Assembly: GCA_964016885.1 (NCBI GenBank)
Contig: OZ024740.1
Span: 204,724,001-204,788,000, forward strand
DNA length: 64,000 bases
Direction: 5' to 3'
Source: Eledone cirrhosa
Lineage: Eukaryota
In this document: positions 39,501-52,242 of the stretch, piece after piece
Position numbering within the stretch: the stretch's first letter is position 1
Layout: each line of letters opens with the position of its first letter
Made by a program: the position numbers and the translations under genes
Notes under the pieces: model-generated
What the model saw: the letters and a program-made list of their open reading frames with translations, nothing else
Database searches by the model: none
Told to the model about the DNA's origin: nothing

Positions 39501-41187
39501 CCGGGGTAATTACCCCCTTTGCCCATCACACTCATTTTTCTACTCTTTGTCATCACTTATGTCGTTTACCATGAAAAAATGGGAGGTTACGTGGAGAAAA
39601 CTCTTTCGTCTTGCAAGGTAAAAGACAACCTCTATCAACCTGCTTCACACTGACACTCTCTCTCTGCCTAGTCGTAACACTCTCCTCTATTCACGGTCAT
39701 GTTTGCAATGAAAGAACGGAAGCAATATAGAGTAGAGAACTCATTAGTTTTGTAGGCCTAACCGCATCCCTTCTGTCTATGTTAGTGTCACGGTAAAACT
39801 GCACCAAGTACACTTTAGTTGGCTTTGTGAATGATGTCATTGTAGGTGTTTTATGAGGAAATGAAAAATATGGAAGAGAGGAAAGCTATAAAGTTACAGA
39901 GATGAAAGAAAAGAATGACAGGATACTAGTGTTTTATTTTGATAGAGAAAGCAGAGCGTTTGATGTTGAAATAGAAGCAGGGAAAACTAAATAAGAACAG
40001 TTCAGAAGGAGTAAAAGCAACAAGAAAGGACAAGTTGCTTCACAGGCAGGCTTATGAAGTTTAGAATTGAAAAATGTACGTTGGATTTGCTGGAAGGATT
40101 AGATTCTAAATGCGTTTTATTTTTCAAAGGTGGCTGGACAAACAAAATCGGGAAAATAGAGTAGGGAGGTGACAACTAACAGAAATAGTAATTGATATAG
40201 AGAGAGATGGTGAGATAAAAGTCAAACGATAGAAAGGGAAAGAAAGAGGATTACAGAAAAAAGGGAAAGAGATAGAGAAACGGTGAAAGGACGAGATATC
40301 TGTGAGAAGTGATTTTTTAATATCAAAAGATTAATAGTTTAGTGTGGGTATAAACAAAAAGAGGAAAGGAATAGAGTAAAGCCAGGAGTAAAACGTAAAC
40401 ATTAATAGAAGGATGAAACTAGATATGGGGGGAAAGAGAAGGATGAGATGGAGGGAGCAAAGAGACAAATAGGGATTAATAAATCAGAAGGATGGGAGAA
40501 CAGGAGGGAAATGAGAGTATGCGTTGAAGAAGGAGGCAAAAATGCAAATGTACTTAAATAGTAAAGTGGGTGAAGAGAGAGGATCAATGAGAAACATGGT
40601 ATTGTCAAAGTCCAAGCAATGATAGAAAGAAACGGAAGAAGGGAAGAGTGGAGGTTATAACGCCTTTCAAAATAGGGAGTGGGAGGAGCATAAATGTTTG
40701 TGTGAGGCTTTTTATTTTGGCGGACAGGCTGAATTTGAAAAATCAAAACAGGTGGAGATGGAATGAAAAAGTATTGAGAATAAGATCGTTAGAAAAAGAT
40801 AATGAGGAAATTAAACGAATAGAAAATTTCTAAGTAGAAAAGAGGTAGTGCAGTGACTTCGAAGTTTCAGCTTGGTCGCTTCATATATGTATATATATAT
40901 ATATATATATAGCAACATCACAACTTATAATTAAGGACAAAATGAAAACACACACACATTGAACAAACAACCAACTAGTAACATGTAAATAAACAAATAA
41001 AAACAGGGCTTTATTTAAAGTACTGACTATCCACAACGCAGAGTACTCACAACCTGGATTACCTATAACGATAACTTGTTATCCCATATATATATATATA
41101 TATATATATAACAAAGGAATTGTGGTAAGGAACCAGATGGACCATAACGCACCAGAGTACTCAATACTTAGGGTAGTAGAGTGGGAA

Positions 41188-41303
41188 ATAGGAAAAAGTA
41201 TGACCCCGACGGCAGAGTTCAAGCCGTTTCGACGGCTATTTCAGTCCAAAAATAGTTGTCGAAACGGCTTGAGCTCTGCCGTCGGGGTCATACTTTTTCC
41301 TAT
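41188..41303. repeat. GC-rich hairpin: ~54-bp arms, 8-nt loop, abutting (TA)n
   Basis: ataggaaaaagtatgaccccgacggcagag... / ...ctctgccgtcggggtcatactttttcctat; three mismatches. Confidence 0.93.
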
Positions 41304-41318
41304 ATATATATATATATG

Positions 41319-41508
41319 CATTCGAAAACAGCGATGAACTGGAGTCCGCCTGGCGGTAAACGGAGGCGGGGTTGCCCAACGACGAACGTTCCGGAAGGAC
41401 CTGATGGTAGCCAACATGGCACGGTCTCGAGAAAGTTGCCACTGATCGTGACCGTTGGCGAGTACTTACTGCTCGATGCGCCGGACGGCGCGGAAGATTC
41501 TAAGACTA
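41319..41508 (+). mobile_element. RTE-like LINE 3' end fragment
   Basis: KTAMNWSPPGGKRRRG.P and ..VATDRDRWR..; bounded by (TA)n. Confidence 0.65.
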
Positions 41509-43699
41509 AGATATATATATATATTGTTATACTTTGGGACGGTCATGTTGCCAATAAGAAACACACGCACCAGTTATTTTCAATTCAATTTATTATAAAT
41601 TTCCGGTTGGTTGGTTGTTTCTATAACCGGATGGTTGTTCGTATATTGTCAAAGTTCTTTTGTCACACATTCTGTGACCTCTTCGGTGACTGGGGATTCT
41701 TTTCTTTATTTTGTGCCTCTCCTTTGTTCTGTTCTACGCCATCTTGTTTTTGTGTGTTGTGTGCTTAGTTTGCGCATGTGTTACATCCGGGTGTCTGTGT
41801 GTGTTTTTATTTGTTTATTTACATGTTACTAGTTGGTTGTTTGTTCAATGTGTGTGTGTTTTCATTTTGTCCTTAATTATAAGTTGTGATGTTGCTATTC
41901 CATTCATGTTTTCTATTTAATTTTGGTTGGAGTTCATTTATGTTTATTGCCTCTGTGATTTGTCTAAACATTGCGTCTTTTCTGTGTGTAGATTCTGTTC
42001 TCTAATTTGCCCTTATGTTTGTTCTATTTTAGCATGTTGGTGGAGTATTGATGAGTGTTTTCTATCTTCCAAATAGTTTCCACCAGCCCAATTTCACTCA
42101 CAAGGCTTAGGTAGAACCAAGGCTATGGTAATGACACTTGCCTAGGATACCACGTAATGGGATCGAACCTGGAATGGCCGAATGGTTAAGGTGTTCACTT
42201 CACAATCATTAGATGTCGGATTCATTCCCACTACGTGACATTTGGAGCTATGATCAATTATCATAGCCTCAGATACACCTCTGCTTTGTGAGTGAAATCG
42301 AGTAAACGGAAACTGTTTGGAAGCCCTTCTGGTGGACTATACCAGCAATTCAAAGGGCTAGTCTTGTCGCAAAGTGTGTCACGGTGAATCCTGCTTAGAA
42401 TTAAGTTACATGAGTTGGCTGTTCCTTACAAGAACCCTCTTCACATAAATAACGACTGCTATAAAATTCACTCTTTCGGCAGGATGGTTAAAATAGCTAT
42501 CTCCTGATGAAGACAATAATCTCTGAAACGCATTTTAAAAAAAAAAGAGAGGAAATGTTAGAAAGAATGTCTACACTTCATTCTTTTCACAGCGAGTCTT
42601 TTAATAATTGTTTCTACTTTTGGCAAAAGGCCAGCAATTATCCCAGTGCATTACTGCTGCTTTATTTTATCGACCCTGTAAGGATGAAAGGCAAAGTTAA
42701 CCTCGGCGGGATTTGAGCTCAAGTCGTAAAGGGCCATAACACCATGCTGCAAAGCATAGCGTCCGACCAACACTGATATATGGCGTTCTCGAGCTTAAAC
42801 AACCATAACGAAACATATATGTGGAGGTGTCCCGGTAAAACACCCAGTACATACTGTGAAGTTTTTGACATTAGGAAAGGTATCAAGTTGTAGAAACAAT
42901 ACCAGAATGGAATGTATGAGTGGGACAGTCATTAGACCTGTCTTGCTTCAGAACGTGACAATCCATCTAACACATGCAAGCGTGAAAAACACGTTAAACG
43001 ATGATGATGATATGTGCGTGTGATCATCGATGGAAAAGTTCATGAGATGGAAGGTAACATGAAGATTTGTCTACTGGTTTGAAACTAGAGAATGTGGAAT
43101 AGATTTGTGTTCAATCTATAAATAATCATCGCGGGTGGGTTGCTTTTAAAAGAAAACAACACAATGAAATAAATAATTTGATAATATAATACACTAAGGG
43201 ATAAAGGAGAAAGAACAGTTAGCGTAAAAGGCTGACAAAGCACTAGAATTATCAAGGAAGTCTGACAACGAAAGGCAGAAAAAGTAAAACGAGTTAGTGT
43301 TGTTAAGCACCAGGTCAAACCTATTTGAGACTTATGATCAAAGGCGTTTAATCCTTTTGATAGCAACCCCCTGAAATTTCTCCAGTTTCTACAACAGAAA
43401 ACTTTCTTTTAAAGTATTTATATTTATCAATTAAAAAAACCTTCCATCATAATTTTATGTAAGAACCTTTGTTATGTTCTGAACACCTGTACAATACCCA
43501 AGGTGCCGCTTACTTTCAGCGAATGCCAAATTCTTGGAGGACTCAGTTGATGTTTGCTCGTGGTTGAAATTAGCGCCTTACTCAGTTTGGATGTGCCCCA
43601 CATCTCCATTATGTTCAGAATTGGACCCGTTGTCTGTGGGGAAATTAAATATTGATGATGGCTGGCTCCTTGACTCCATGGGTATTGATGAACTGTTTT

Positions 43700-44190
43700 G
43701 CCGTTTGAACGCAGGTAATTTCGCTCGTTATACCGAGCGAAGCTTTAATAATCAAGCAGGCTTAGGCTCGAGTTAATATCCCCTCATTTCTGAAATCAGC
43801 CGAGTTATCTAGGATCGATGGGAAGAGGCCAGATGTTCTTACCCTTTGATCTAACTGAGAGGTGTATGTCTCATTTGGGACACCACCGTTCGTGACTTTT
43901 TCCCTCCTTCCCACATCCTGGATGTTGTAGCGAAGGTGAGAGTCACTACATTCGTAAGAGAATAGAATAAAATTCTAAAATAGCTGGAATTATCGGCAAA
44001 CTACTCCTATTTGTTCAGACGTTTAGAGGAACTGAACAGCTGACAATGAGATTCTTGTCATTGTTAGTGGCTCGCCTTACCAACGCATTAGGTGATTCCT
44101 GCGAAGATACTTTGTTATTCCAGCGTCTTAGTATCGCTATCAAATGCAGCAATGTTGTGTCTTGGATTGCCTCAGAAAATTATTAGATGG
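43700..44190 (+). mobile_element. Highly decayed CRE-like LINE restriction-like endonuclease fragment
   Basis: DGKRPDVLTL and LIWDTTVRD motifs; FQRLSIAI near 44117. Confidence 0.65.
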
Positions 44191-44914
44191 AAACTTCAGC
44201 GTTCCTTGTGATGTATGATTAAGTGTGCGTGTCTTCTCCCACTTTGTGTGTATGAGTGTGCGTGTTTATTTTCATGCATTGAATAATGAGAAAATTATAT
44301 AACTAAATCCCTCTGAATTATATATATTTCAAACACATTATAGGCAGTATTTTTAATTAGTATGGTAACGAAATATTTAAGCCATGTCCATCTTGTTTAT
44401 TCTTTTTTCAGAAATAGGCCGCACTGTTCTTTAAAGACGGCAGGGTATAGGTTGAGAGCAGAAGTGAACAGGTTTTTAAAACCAGCCCGGACATCCGTCA
44501 CCTATCAGGTTGGCCCATTGTGAACTAACATGTTGCTTATCTGATTATCTGAGACAATAGAGAAATCGCTTATCAATTATAGCACGTTCCATTTTCTTTT
44601 CAATCTTAGTGCAGCGGCTACGACTTTTGCGTGACATTTTTTTTTTCTTTTCTTTTATCCAGCCAAGCAACCTATCGGTCACTGCCCAAATGGCCTCTGG
44701 TGGGACGGGATTGGGCTGCTATAGCTACTAGGTCGAACGACTACATTATGGTCTGCCTTTTTAACTGACGAAAGAGGTTTAACAAGTGTAAACTTGGTTT
44801 TTAACCAACTTACTATGTCAGTAAGAATCAAAATAGTATATAACAAAAATCTATGATGAATGGTCCAGATATTTTGTAGGACTGAATCTACATGTCATTT
44901 AATTAGACAAGAGA

Positions 44915-45345
44915 CAAAAACGACCATCAGAAGGAGCCTCAACGCAGTCAGTTTCCCTTCACAATTGGAACCAGCTGGCCCCGAACGCGACAATTGCAAG
45001 CGCCCCAACAGATTAACCCTCTTTCCTTTCGGCGAGGGAAAATACCTAATTTGGAATGCGACGCGCAGCGACTCGTTCTCCGCCTCCAACCTTGCCGCTT
45101 CGGCTACGAACCCGGGCTCTGTTGCTCGCAATGAGGAGGAAAGGTAGATAATTAAAAGCCGAGGCCTGATCGATCTCTTCCTCTTCGCACCGGTCTCCGT
45201 CGAAACCTCTGACGTCCTTGGTCCCTGTACAATTGATTTCCTCTGTAATGTCAGACGCTCGCTTGAAATGGGAGCCTCGTGGGATGGGGTGACTGTTGCA
45301 GCGAGTGTAGTGACTGTCCCCCTCTCGCTTTCCTTTGCCGCTTGA
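44915..45345 (+). mobile_element. CRE-like LINE 3' fragment
   Basis: FPSQLEPAG..RDNCKRPNRLTLFPFGEGKYLIWNAT; FAPVSVETS.VLGP. Confidence 0.8.
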
Positions 45346-46099
45346 CCCGTCCTTCTTTTTTCTTCTTCCTTTAGTAGTGTTTTGTTTTTATTAGATACTG
45401 CTCAATTATTTTTAAATAATGTCAATGGCTTACGTAACATCGTAAGATTTTGTATAAAGAGAAAAGCGTAACACAAATGAGAAAGCGGAAGGTAAAAGCA
45501 GGTTGGAGAAAGAATACGATAATAGATATATGATAATAGGTTGTTTGTGATGCGGTGGCGAAAGGTAAGGATCGAGAGACAGAATAAAAAAATATATACA
45601 TGCAGTTTTATGACTGGAAGAATATTTAAGGAAAAAATGCAGAAAGATTTTAATATAACTAATATGAAGGAAAAAAAAAAAGAATGATACAATTACCAGT
45701 GTGAGATAGAAAGAAAGTGAGAAATGTTAAATGAGATTTTCTAAAAAATTACGACGAAACATTTTTATAAAGAGGGGTGTCGAGAAAAAAAAATGAATGA
45801 TTGGGTAGATGACAGCTTGAAAGATAAGCTTATTATAGATCTGAACCGGGGAAAAGAGCTCGTAATTTCTGAGAAAATATAGAAAATGTATATATATATA
45901 TATATCTCTTAAATAGAAATATACATTTTTTTTTAAATGTAATATATAGAGACGGAACTAAGTGCATGTTAGGTGTCTTAAAAGTGCGACATTTCAGTAG
46001 TTTTATATTTGAAAACATGACAAATTTATGAGACATATGGGATATAAATCTCTTGTCAGCATGCGCGCTCTTTCTTATTTCTTTGTCTGTGTACACACT

Positions 46100-46139
<40 letters not shown>

Positions 46140-47499
46140 AGAGAGAGAGTGTGCAGGTAGATAGAAAGGTACATTCAATAATACAGATTCTTTTCATATG
46201 CACAAGGCCACACGTTATCAGGGCGGGGCATGGTAGAGTGGATCGAACCAATATACTGATGTTCGTTTTATCAACCCTACTTGGTAAAAAATAGTAGCCT
46301 AATCTCCCGCTAATAATACCCTACCATTTTAAAAGAAAGTACACGTTTGATAATGTAGTTCAAGATAAATTATGTTTGAATACAAGAAAGAGTTGTCATA
46401 GTTGACTCGTGGCTTTAAAAAATAAATAGATAAAAAGAACAAAGCAAAGTCGATCCAAAGGTATTTAAACTCAGAATGTAGAGATTTAACTAAATACTAA
46501 TAATACCACATTTAGTAATCAAATATGCTAAAAACGTTGGAGATTTTAAGAAGGATAGACAAAGGGAACGATATTTCTGACATTCAACCGAAAGAAAGAT
46601 TGGCAGCAATAAAGAGAGAAAAACAATGAGAACGAGGAAAAGAAAAGAGAGAAATAGAAATAAAGAGAAGGAAGATAGAGTGAGTAGTAGAAAAATAGAA
46701 ATGGTGAGAAAGGAGGGGGGGGTGAAATGCTTGTGGAGAAAAACTAACGGAAATTAAAAAATGAGTGGGCGTTAGGAAGAAATAAAGATAAATACTGAGA
46801 GAAAGAAAGTGACGCATTAAACAGAGAAAGTGTGAGAGGGATGGGGAAGTTAGAAAGAAAAGACACATAGAGACAAGGAGAGGTAAAGGCGATTAAAAAT
46901 AAAAGAACATATAGAGAGTAGTGGACAAAGAGAACAGGAGGTAATGTCAAGAAAGAAAGGCAGTGATAACGACGAAAATATATACGCTAGGAGATATAAA
47001 TATAGGGAAACAAAGACAGAAAGTTGCTGATCTCAAGGCGGATAGTAGGTATAGAGGAAAAATACTGCATGGCTTGATTTATGCTTTTCGTGAAAATGGG
47101 CTAAAGAGAAAAGCTCTTTCAAGAAATAAAAAAATGTCTGTTCATGAAAAGGGATAAATATTCAATAAATAAAAATAGTCTCTGATAAGGCCCGAGACCA
47201 ACAATTTTTGAGGGAGGTCGATTAAATAGATCCCATTGCGTTACTGGTACTTTATTTCATTAAACCCGTAAGGAAGAAAGTTAAAGCTAACCTCAGCGGG
47301 ATTTGAACTTAGAGCGTAAAGGGATATAATTGTTTCTACGTTAGGCACAAGGCCAGCAAATTACCCAGTGTATTACTGGTACTTTATTTTATCGACCCCG
47401 TAAGGATGAAAGGCAAAGTTAACCTCGGCGGGATTTGAACTCAGAATGGCTATATTTCTATCTCCTAGCGTAAAGGGATATAATATATATAGGATGTGT

Positions 47500-50400
47500 A
47501 TCAACTACAAACACCCCAACCCCACAACACACTGATGCCCCTACACTTCCACAAACCACCACCCCACCCAACAACCCATCCCCAACCCTCATGGAAATTG
47601 AGCGGCTCGCTCCCCGGGACGCAGAGAGGTAAGTGCCTTTTCTCCTTACCACCAACATGGCTGTGCTGAGAGTAGGGTGTCTAAATGCGCGTGGCCTGGG
47701 CTCACCTTGGAAGCAAGCAATGCTTCTAAATGACCCCAGGTCACGATCTATAAATGTGATGGTTGTCTGCGAGGCCCGGATCAGCAGCGTGCGACAGCCA
47801 GCCCCCACCTTTGATGACTTTGAGATGCACGCATCTCTCTGTCAGCCCGGAGGTGGGGGTGGGGTTGTCGTTCTGCTGCAAAAACATATGGGTCTCGCCA
47901 CACAGATACTTCACTTGGACCCAGGGGATCGACTGGTGGTGCTGGACCTTAGCAGTAGTGAAGGTGGAGCCTTTAGGCTGGTAGCCGCATATGCCCCTTT
48001 TGGGACAGAGCGGCCCGACTTCTTCCAACGTCTGGAGTCTTTTCTAGGGACGTCCCGTTCCCTGCTTTTAGTGGGGGACTGGAATGGTATCCTGGATGCA
48101 CGTTGGGACTATGCAGGGGCATGTCCCGATAGAGAGGGGTGCAACAGCCTCAAGGGGTTACTCGGCCGATTTGACCTGGCCGATAGATTTCGACTAGATT
48201 TTCCGACAGTGCCAACCTGGTCTTGGACAAATCGTAGCGGTCAATCTAGATCGTACCTAGATAGGTTCTTAGTTAGAAATAAGGACAGGGACTTTTTAAC
48301 TTGTCCAGAAATGCTCATGGTTGGCTATTCAGACCACAAGTTAGTGACCTGCATGGTCAACCTTGATAGAATGCATAGACAGGGTCCCGGTTACTGGAAG
48401 CTAAACTTGTCCTTACCGGCAAGTAAAGCTTACAGGGACCGGATTAGTACGTTAGTTAAGGAGCGGTTGACTGGAGCGATCGTCAACAGCAGGTGGTGGG
48501 TATCTCTAAAGAGAGAGATTAGATTAGTCTCGATAGAATTTAGTAAGGTTTTAGCAGCGGATAGGAATAGGAAAGAAAGAGAGCTGATAGATAGAGTAGA
48601 AGAGGCAATTAGAAGCGGCGACGTGGCCAGAGTGCTAGCGTCGAGAACGGCTTTGAGCCAGATTTTCGACGCGAAGCACGAAGGCTGCGTTGTCCGAAGT
48701 AAAATACGTTCTCTAGGGAACGAGGGGACCAAAGCTGTTAGCTGGGCCCGCGTGACAGAAGCCAAGAGTGGAATTAAATCCACCATCCGGTCTTTGCGAG
48801 ACCAGGATGGACGGGCGATCCTTGAACCTAAGCAGGTGTGTGAGGCCTTTCAAAGGCACTTTGCCCGATTGTTCGGAAGGGGCGGGGAGCCGGTTGGGGA
48901 AGTGGACTTCGGTCCATACCTCGACGGCCTGCCGCGTCTTTCGGACGAGGAGGCGAAGTCCTGCGAGAAGCCGATTTCAGCCGCTGAGATAGAGGACGTG
49001 CTGAGCCAATGCGGCAAACGCAAATCCCCAGGTCTCGATGGTCTTCCATACGAACTATATCTAGCTATTCCGGACTTGTTCCCCGATCTCCTCGAGGCGG
49101 TCTACTGCAACTGGCAACAGAACGGGAGAATTCCCTGTTCTGTGACCAAGGGCGTAGTCACGCTAGTGAGGAAGGACGAGAACAAGGGGGACGAAATAAG
49201 TAACTTCAGGCCCATAACTCTGCTAAATACAGAGTTACAGATTTTGGCCAAGGTGCTAGCAAAGAGGTTGGCGCTTGTCGTGGGCAACCTGGTGGGAGAT
49301 GCGCAGACATGTGCTATCCCATCCACGATAACCTCCAGCTCATGCGATACATCATAGAGAGGGTTGGGAACGAACCCGGCTTTGGTGGGGCCCTGATCAA
49401 CTTGGATCAATCTAAGGCGTTCGATAGGGTCGACCATGGTTACCTGGATGCGGTGCTAGCGGCGGCAGGCTTCGGACCCGTTTTCAGGGGCTGGATCACT
49501 GCTATGCACAGCAGCCGCATCTGCTCTAGAGTCAAGGTGAACGGCTACCTCTCGGAGCCGTTCGAAATCGCGCGATCCATCCGACAAGGGTGCCCTCTCT
49601 CCTCCCTTCTGTATGTATTGACTCTCGAGCCACTACTGCGGAAGTTGGAGTTGTTGCAGGGCATCCCTTTGGAACCGGGATTGCGGAAAGCGGTGTCGGC
49701 CTACGCCGATGACGTGACAGTAATGGTGTCGACGGCCTCCGAAATCAGGGCGATCGGCACCTTACTGGAGGAGCACGAAAGGTTCACAGGGGCTAAGCTG
49801 AACCGGAACAAGTCGATCGGTTTGCAACTCGGCACGTGGAGGGGCAAACCGATGCCCTCCGATGGCGTCGTCGGACGCTGGACGGAGAGCCCGGTGAAGT
49901 TGCTCGGAGTCTGGTTTGGACCAGACCTCCAGGTGGAGAAGAACTGGGGCGAGGTTACGAACAGGGTGTTTGCACTGACCCAGAAGTGGGTCAGTTGCAA
50001 ACTGTCCCTGAAAGGTCGGGCGGAGGTGGCGAGCACCTATATAGCGTCCGTCATCTACTACCGCCTGACCGTAGTGCCCTGACCAAGGGAAACCCTCACC
50101 AAGATGGAGCGCGCACTCTTCCAATTCCTTTGGAAGAAGCGGGCTCCTTTGGTGAGGAGATCCATCTGCTGTCAACACCCTTCGAAAGGAGGGCTGGGTA
50201 TGCCGGGGCTAATGATACGTAAACATGCATTAAGGCTACGGCACCTCCACGTATTCCTCACCGGTCCCGGTGTGGGCCCCGTTTGTGAGACGAACCTTTC
50301 CCAGACTCGTCTCACTCACCGAGCTGCAATACTGGGTCAAGCAAAGACCGAGAAAACTGGGCGCCTGGCACACTGAGTGTGCCCAGGCGCTTACGGCCCT

Positions 50401-51320
50401 CTGGCAGGCGGACCCGGTTATCAGTGGCGACTCCACTGCGACATTCTATAGAGGGCTGGTACGCAGCAGGTGCGACGACGCCCTCGGAGAAGCCCTAGAC
50501 ATGGAGGAAGACGAACTGGCCAGCCTGTTCGGTAGGACATTCATCTCGGGACCTATGGACAACTTCCAGAAGTCCCTGGCCTGGCAGTGCTACCGAGGGG
50601 CTCTACCCGTTCGAGAAAAGCTCTACAGACACGGGCGCCCGGGTAGGGACCCCGCCAAAAAGATCTGTCCCAGATGCGTGTACGACGAGGAAACCGTTGC
50701 ACACGCATTGCTACACTGCTCGAGCGTAGCCGATCTGTGGGGCTATGTCGAACGATTGCTATCACGGGTGGGACCGATCCCGTTGACAACCGAGGCCATT
50801 GTAACGATCAAGTCGCCTCCCCACTTCAAAAATGAAGGAGAGGCGGTGTTTCTGTGCGTAATAGCCATGGTGAAAGAGGTTGTATGGTGAACGCGTCTGA
50901 AAGGACTCAGGTCAGGCACCTTTCTCTCTGGCCAACAACTGATCCGTTTCTTCCGATATCATTTCGGAAGAAGGATCAGGATTGAGAGAGAGATGCTCAA
51001 CTCCAGTCGTTTTTATGAAAGGTGGGTGAAAGTGGCGAGAATGGCCCGTGTGAATGGGCCTTCTCTCTACATCAGCCTGTAGGTGGAAAAGATGAAGGAA
51101 CGAGGGAGCGCCCTCTCTCTGTGCTCCTGAGGAGAAGGGGTTGCACACTTTTTTCGGGGGGGGGGGGGGGGGGGGGGCGACCCCCTAAACGCCCCCTCCC
51201 GATTGAGGACTTTATTGTTAATTTTATATTTGTTATTTGTTTTCTTTACTCGCCTTTTTGTGTAAACTCCCCCCTTGTATTTGTCCCCTTCTTTTGAGCC
51301 CTAGTGGCAATAAATAGAAA
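47500..51320 (+). mobile_element. L1/Tx1-clade LINE, 5'-truncated in ORF1
   Basis: Pro/Thr-rich ORF1 tail ending TAA at 47632; full-length ORF2; 3' UTR with G-tract, T-rich stretch and AATAAA at 51309. Confidence 0.92.
47657..51082 (+). pseudogene. L1/Tx1 ORF2 (APE endonuclease - reverse transcriptase - zinc finger), disrupted
   Basis: CLNARGL, GDWN, SYLDRF, SDHK, GYWKLN, KSPGLDG, FRPITLLN, KAFDRVDH, RQGCPLS, YADD, GGLGMP, CPRC..EETVAHALLHC; frameshifts near 49320 and 50265, stops at 50080 and 50888. Confidence 0.95.
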
Positions 51321-51618
51321 TCTATATATGATATATGTATAATATATATATGAGTTAACCTCGGCGGGATTTAATAAAATCTAGTATAGAGGGAAGATTA
51401 AACAACGGTTACAGACCCAAACACAGAAAAAATGGAATATTTTTTTAAATAGAAAAAATAAGTATTTAAAAGCTAGGCATGTCTGTGTGGTTAAGAAATC
51501 TGTTTCGCAAGTGATAGTTCCGATCCCATTCCGGGAGACATCGGACAAGTGTATTTTATAGAGGTGTAAGATTAAAATCACTCACAACGAGATTTATATA
51601 TGTTTATTATACATAATG

Positions 51619-51895
51619 AAGGCGCGTGGCTTTTTGTGCTGAGGGTATTCGGCTAACTATTGTAAGGTTGTGAGTTCGGTTCCCGGCAGCGCGTTGTGTC
51701 CTTGAGCAAGACACTTTATTTTCACGTTGCTCCAGTCCACTCAGCTGGCAAAAATGAGTTGTACCTGTTATTCGAAGGGGCGGCCTTGTCACACTGAATC
51801 TTCCTGAGAACTACGTTAAGGGTATGGGCGTCTGTAGAATGCTCAGCCACTTGCATGTTAATTTCACGAGACGGCTGTTCCGTTGATCGGAACAG
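51619..51895 (+). mobile_element. tRNA-derived CORE-like SINE
   Basis: GAGTTCGGTTCC B-box-like; gtgtccttgagcaagacactt; tail shared with minus-strand copies at 1481, 1865, 8820 and 12155. Confidence 0.8.
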
Positions 51896-51985
51896 TGACA
51901 GGTATCCAAAAAGAAGAACAGGGTAATATCATTGGCTGCCATCGAGTCGCGGGTTTTACATCTGAGTTTTCGTTATATATATATA

Positions 51986-52015
51986 CTAGCATTAAAGCCC
52001 GGCGTTGCTCGGGGT
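51986..52015 (-). mobile_element. Helitron 3' terminus
   Basis: Minus strand CCCGAGCAACGCCGGG hairpin followed by CTAG|T. Confidence 0.55.
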
Positions 52016-52176
52016 CATTAAGTTACCAAAGTTAGGTTGCACCATCCATTTTATGGCAGCACTTTTTTGTCTGCCAGGCACTGGGTGAATGAATTGCAGA
52101 CCTGGAAGCAGGAGCTGCGCCATCAGTGACAATTGTAGTTTCGCCTATGGATATTATCTTTGTGCTTTATAGATTA

Positions 52177-52242
<66 letters not shown>

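Noticed and set aside
44655-44765. Structured ncRNA / Pol III gene (nested stems, T-run)
   Set aside because: The minus strand gttcgacctagtagctatagcagcccaatc resembles a dispersed repeat also seen at 28957-28990 and 46270-46330; pairing is weak
47741-50789. Antisense and alternative-frame ORFs over the LINE
   Set aside because: Shadows of the GC-rich ORF2 with no independent motifs
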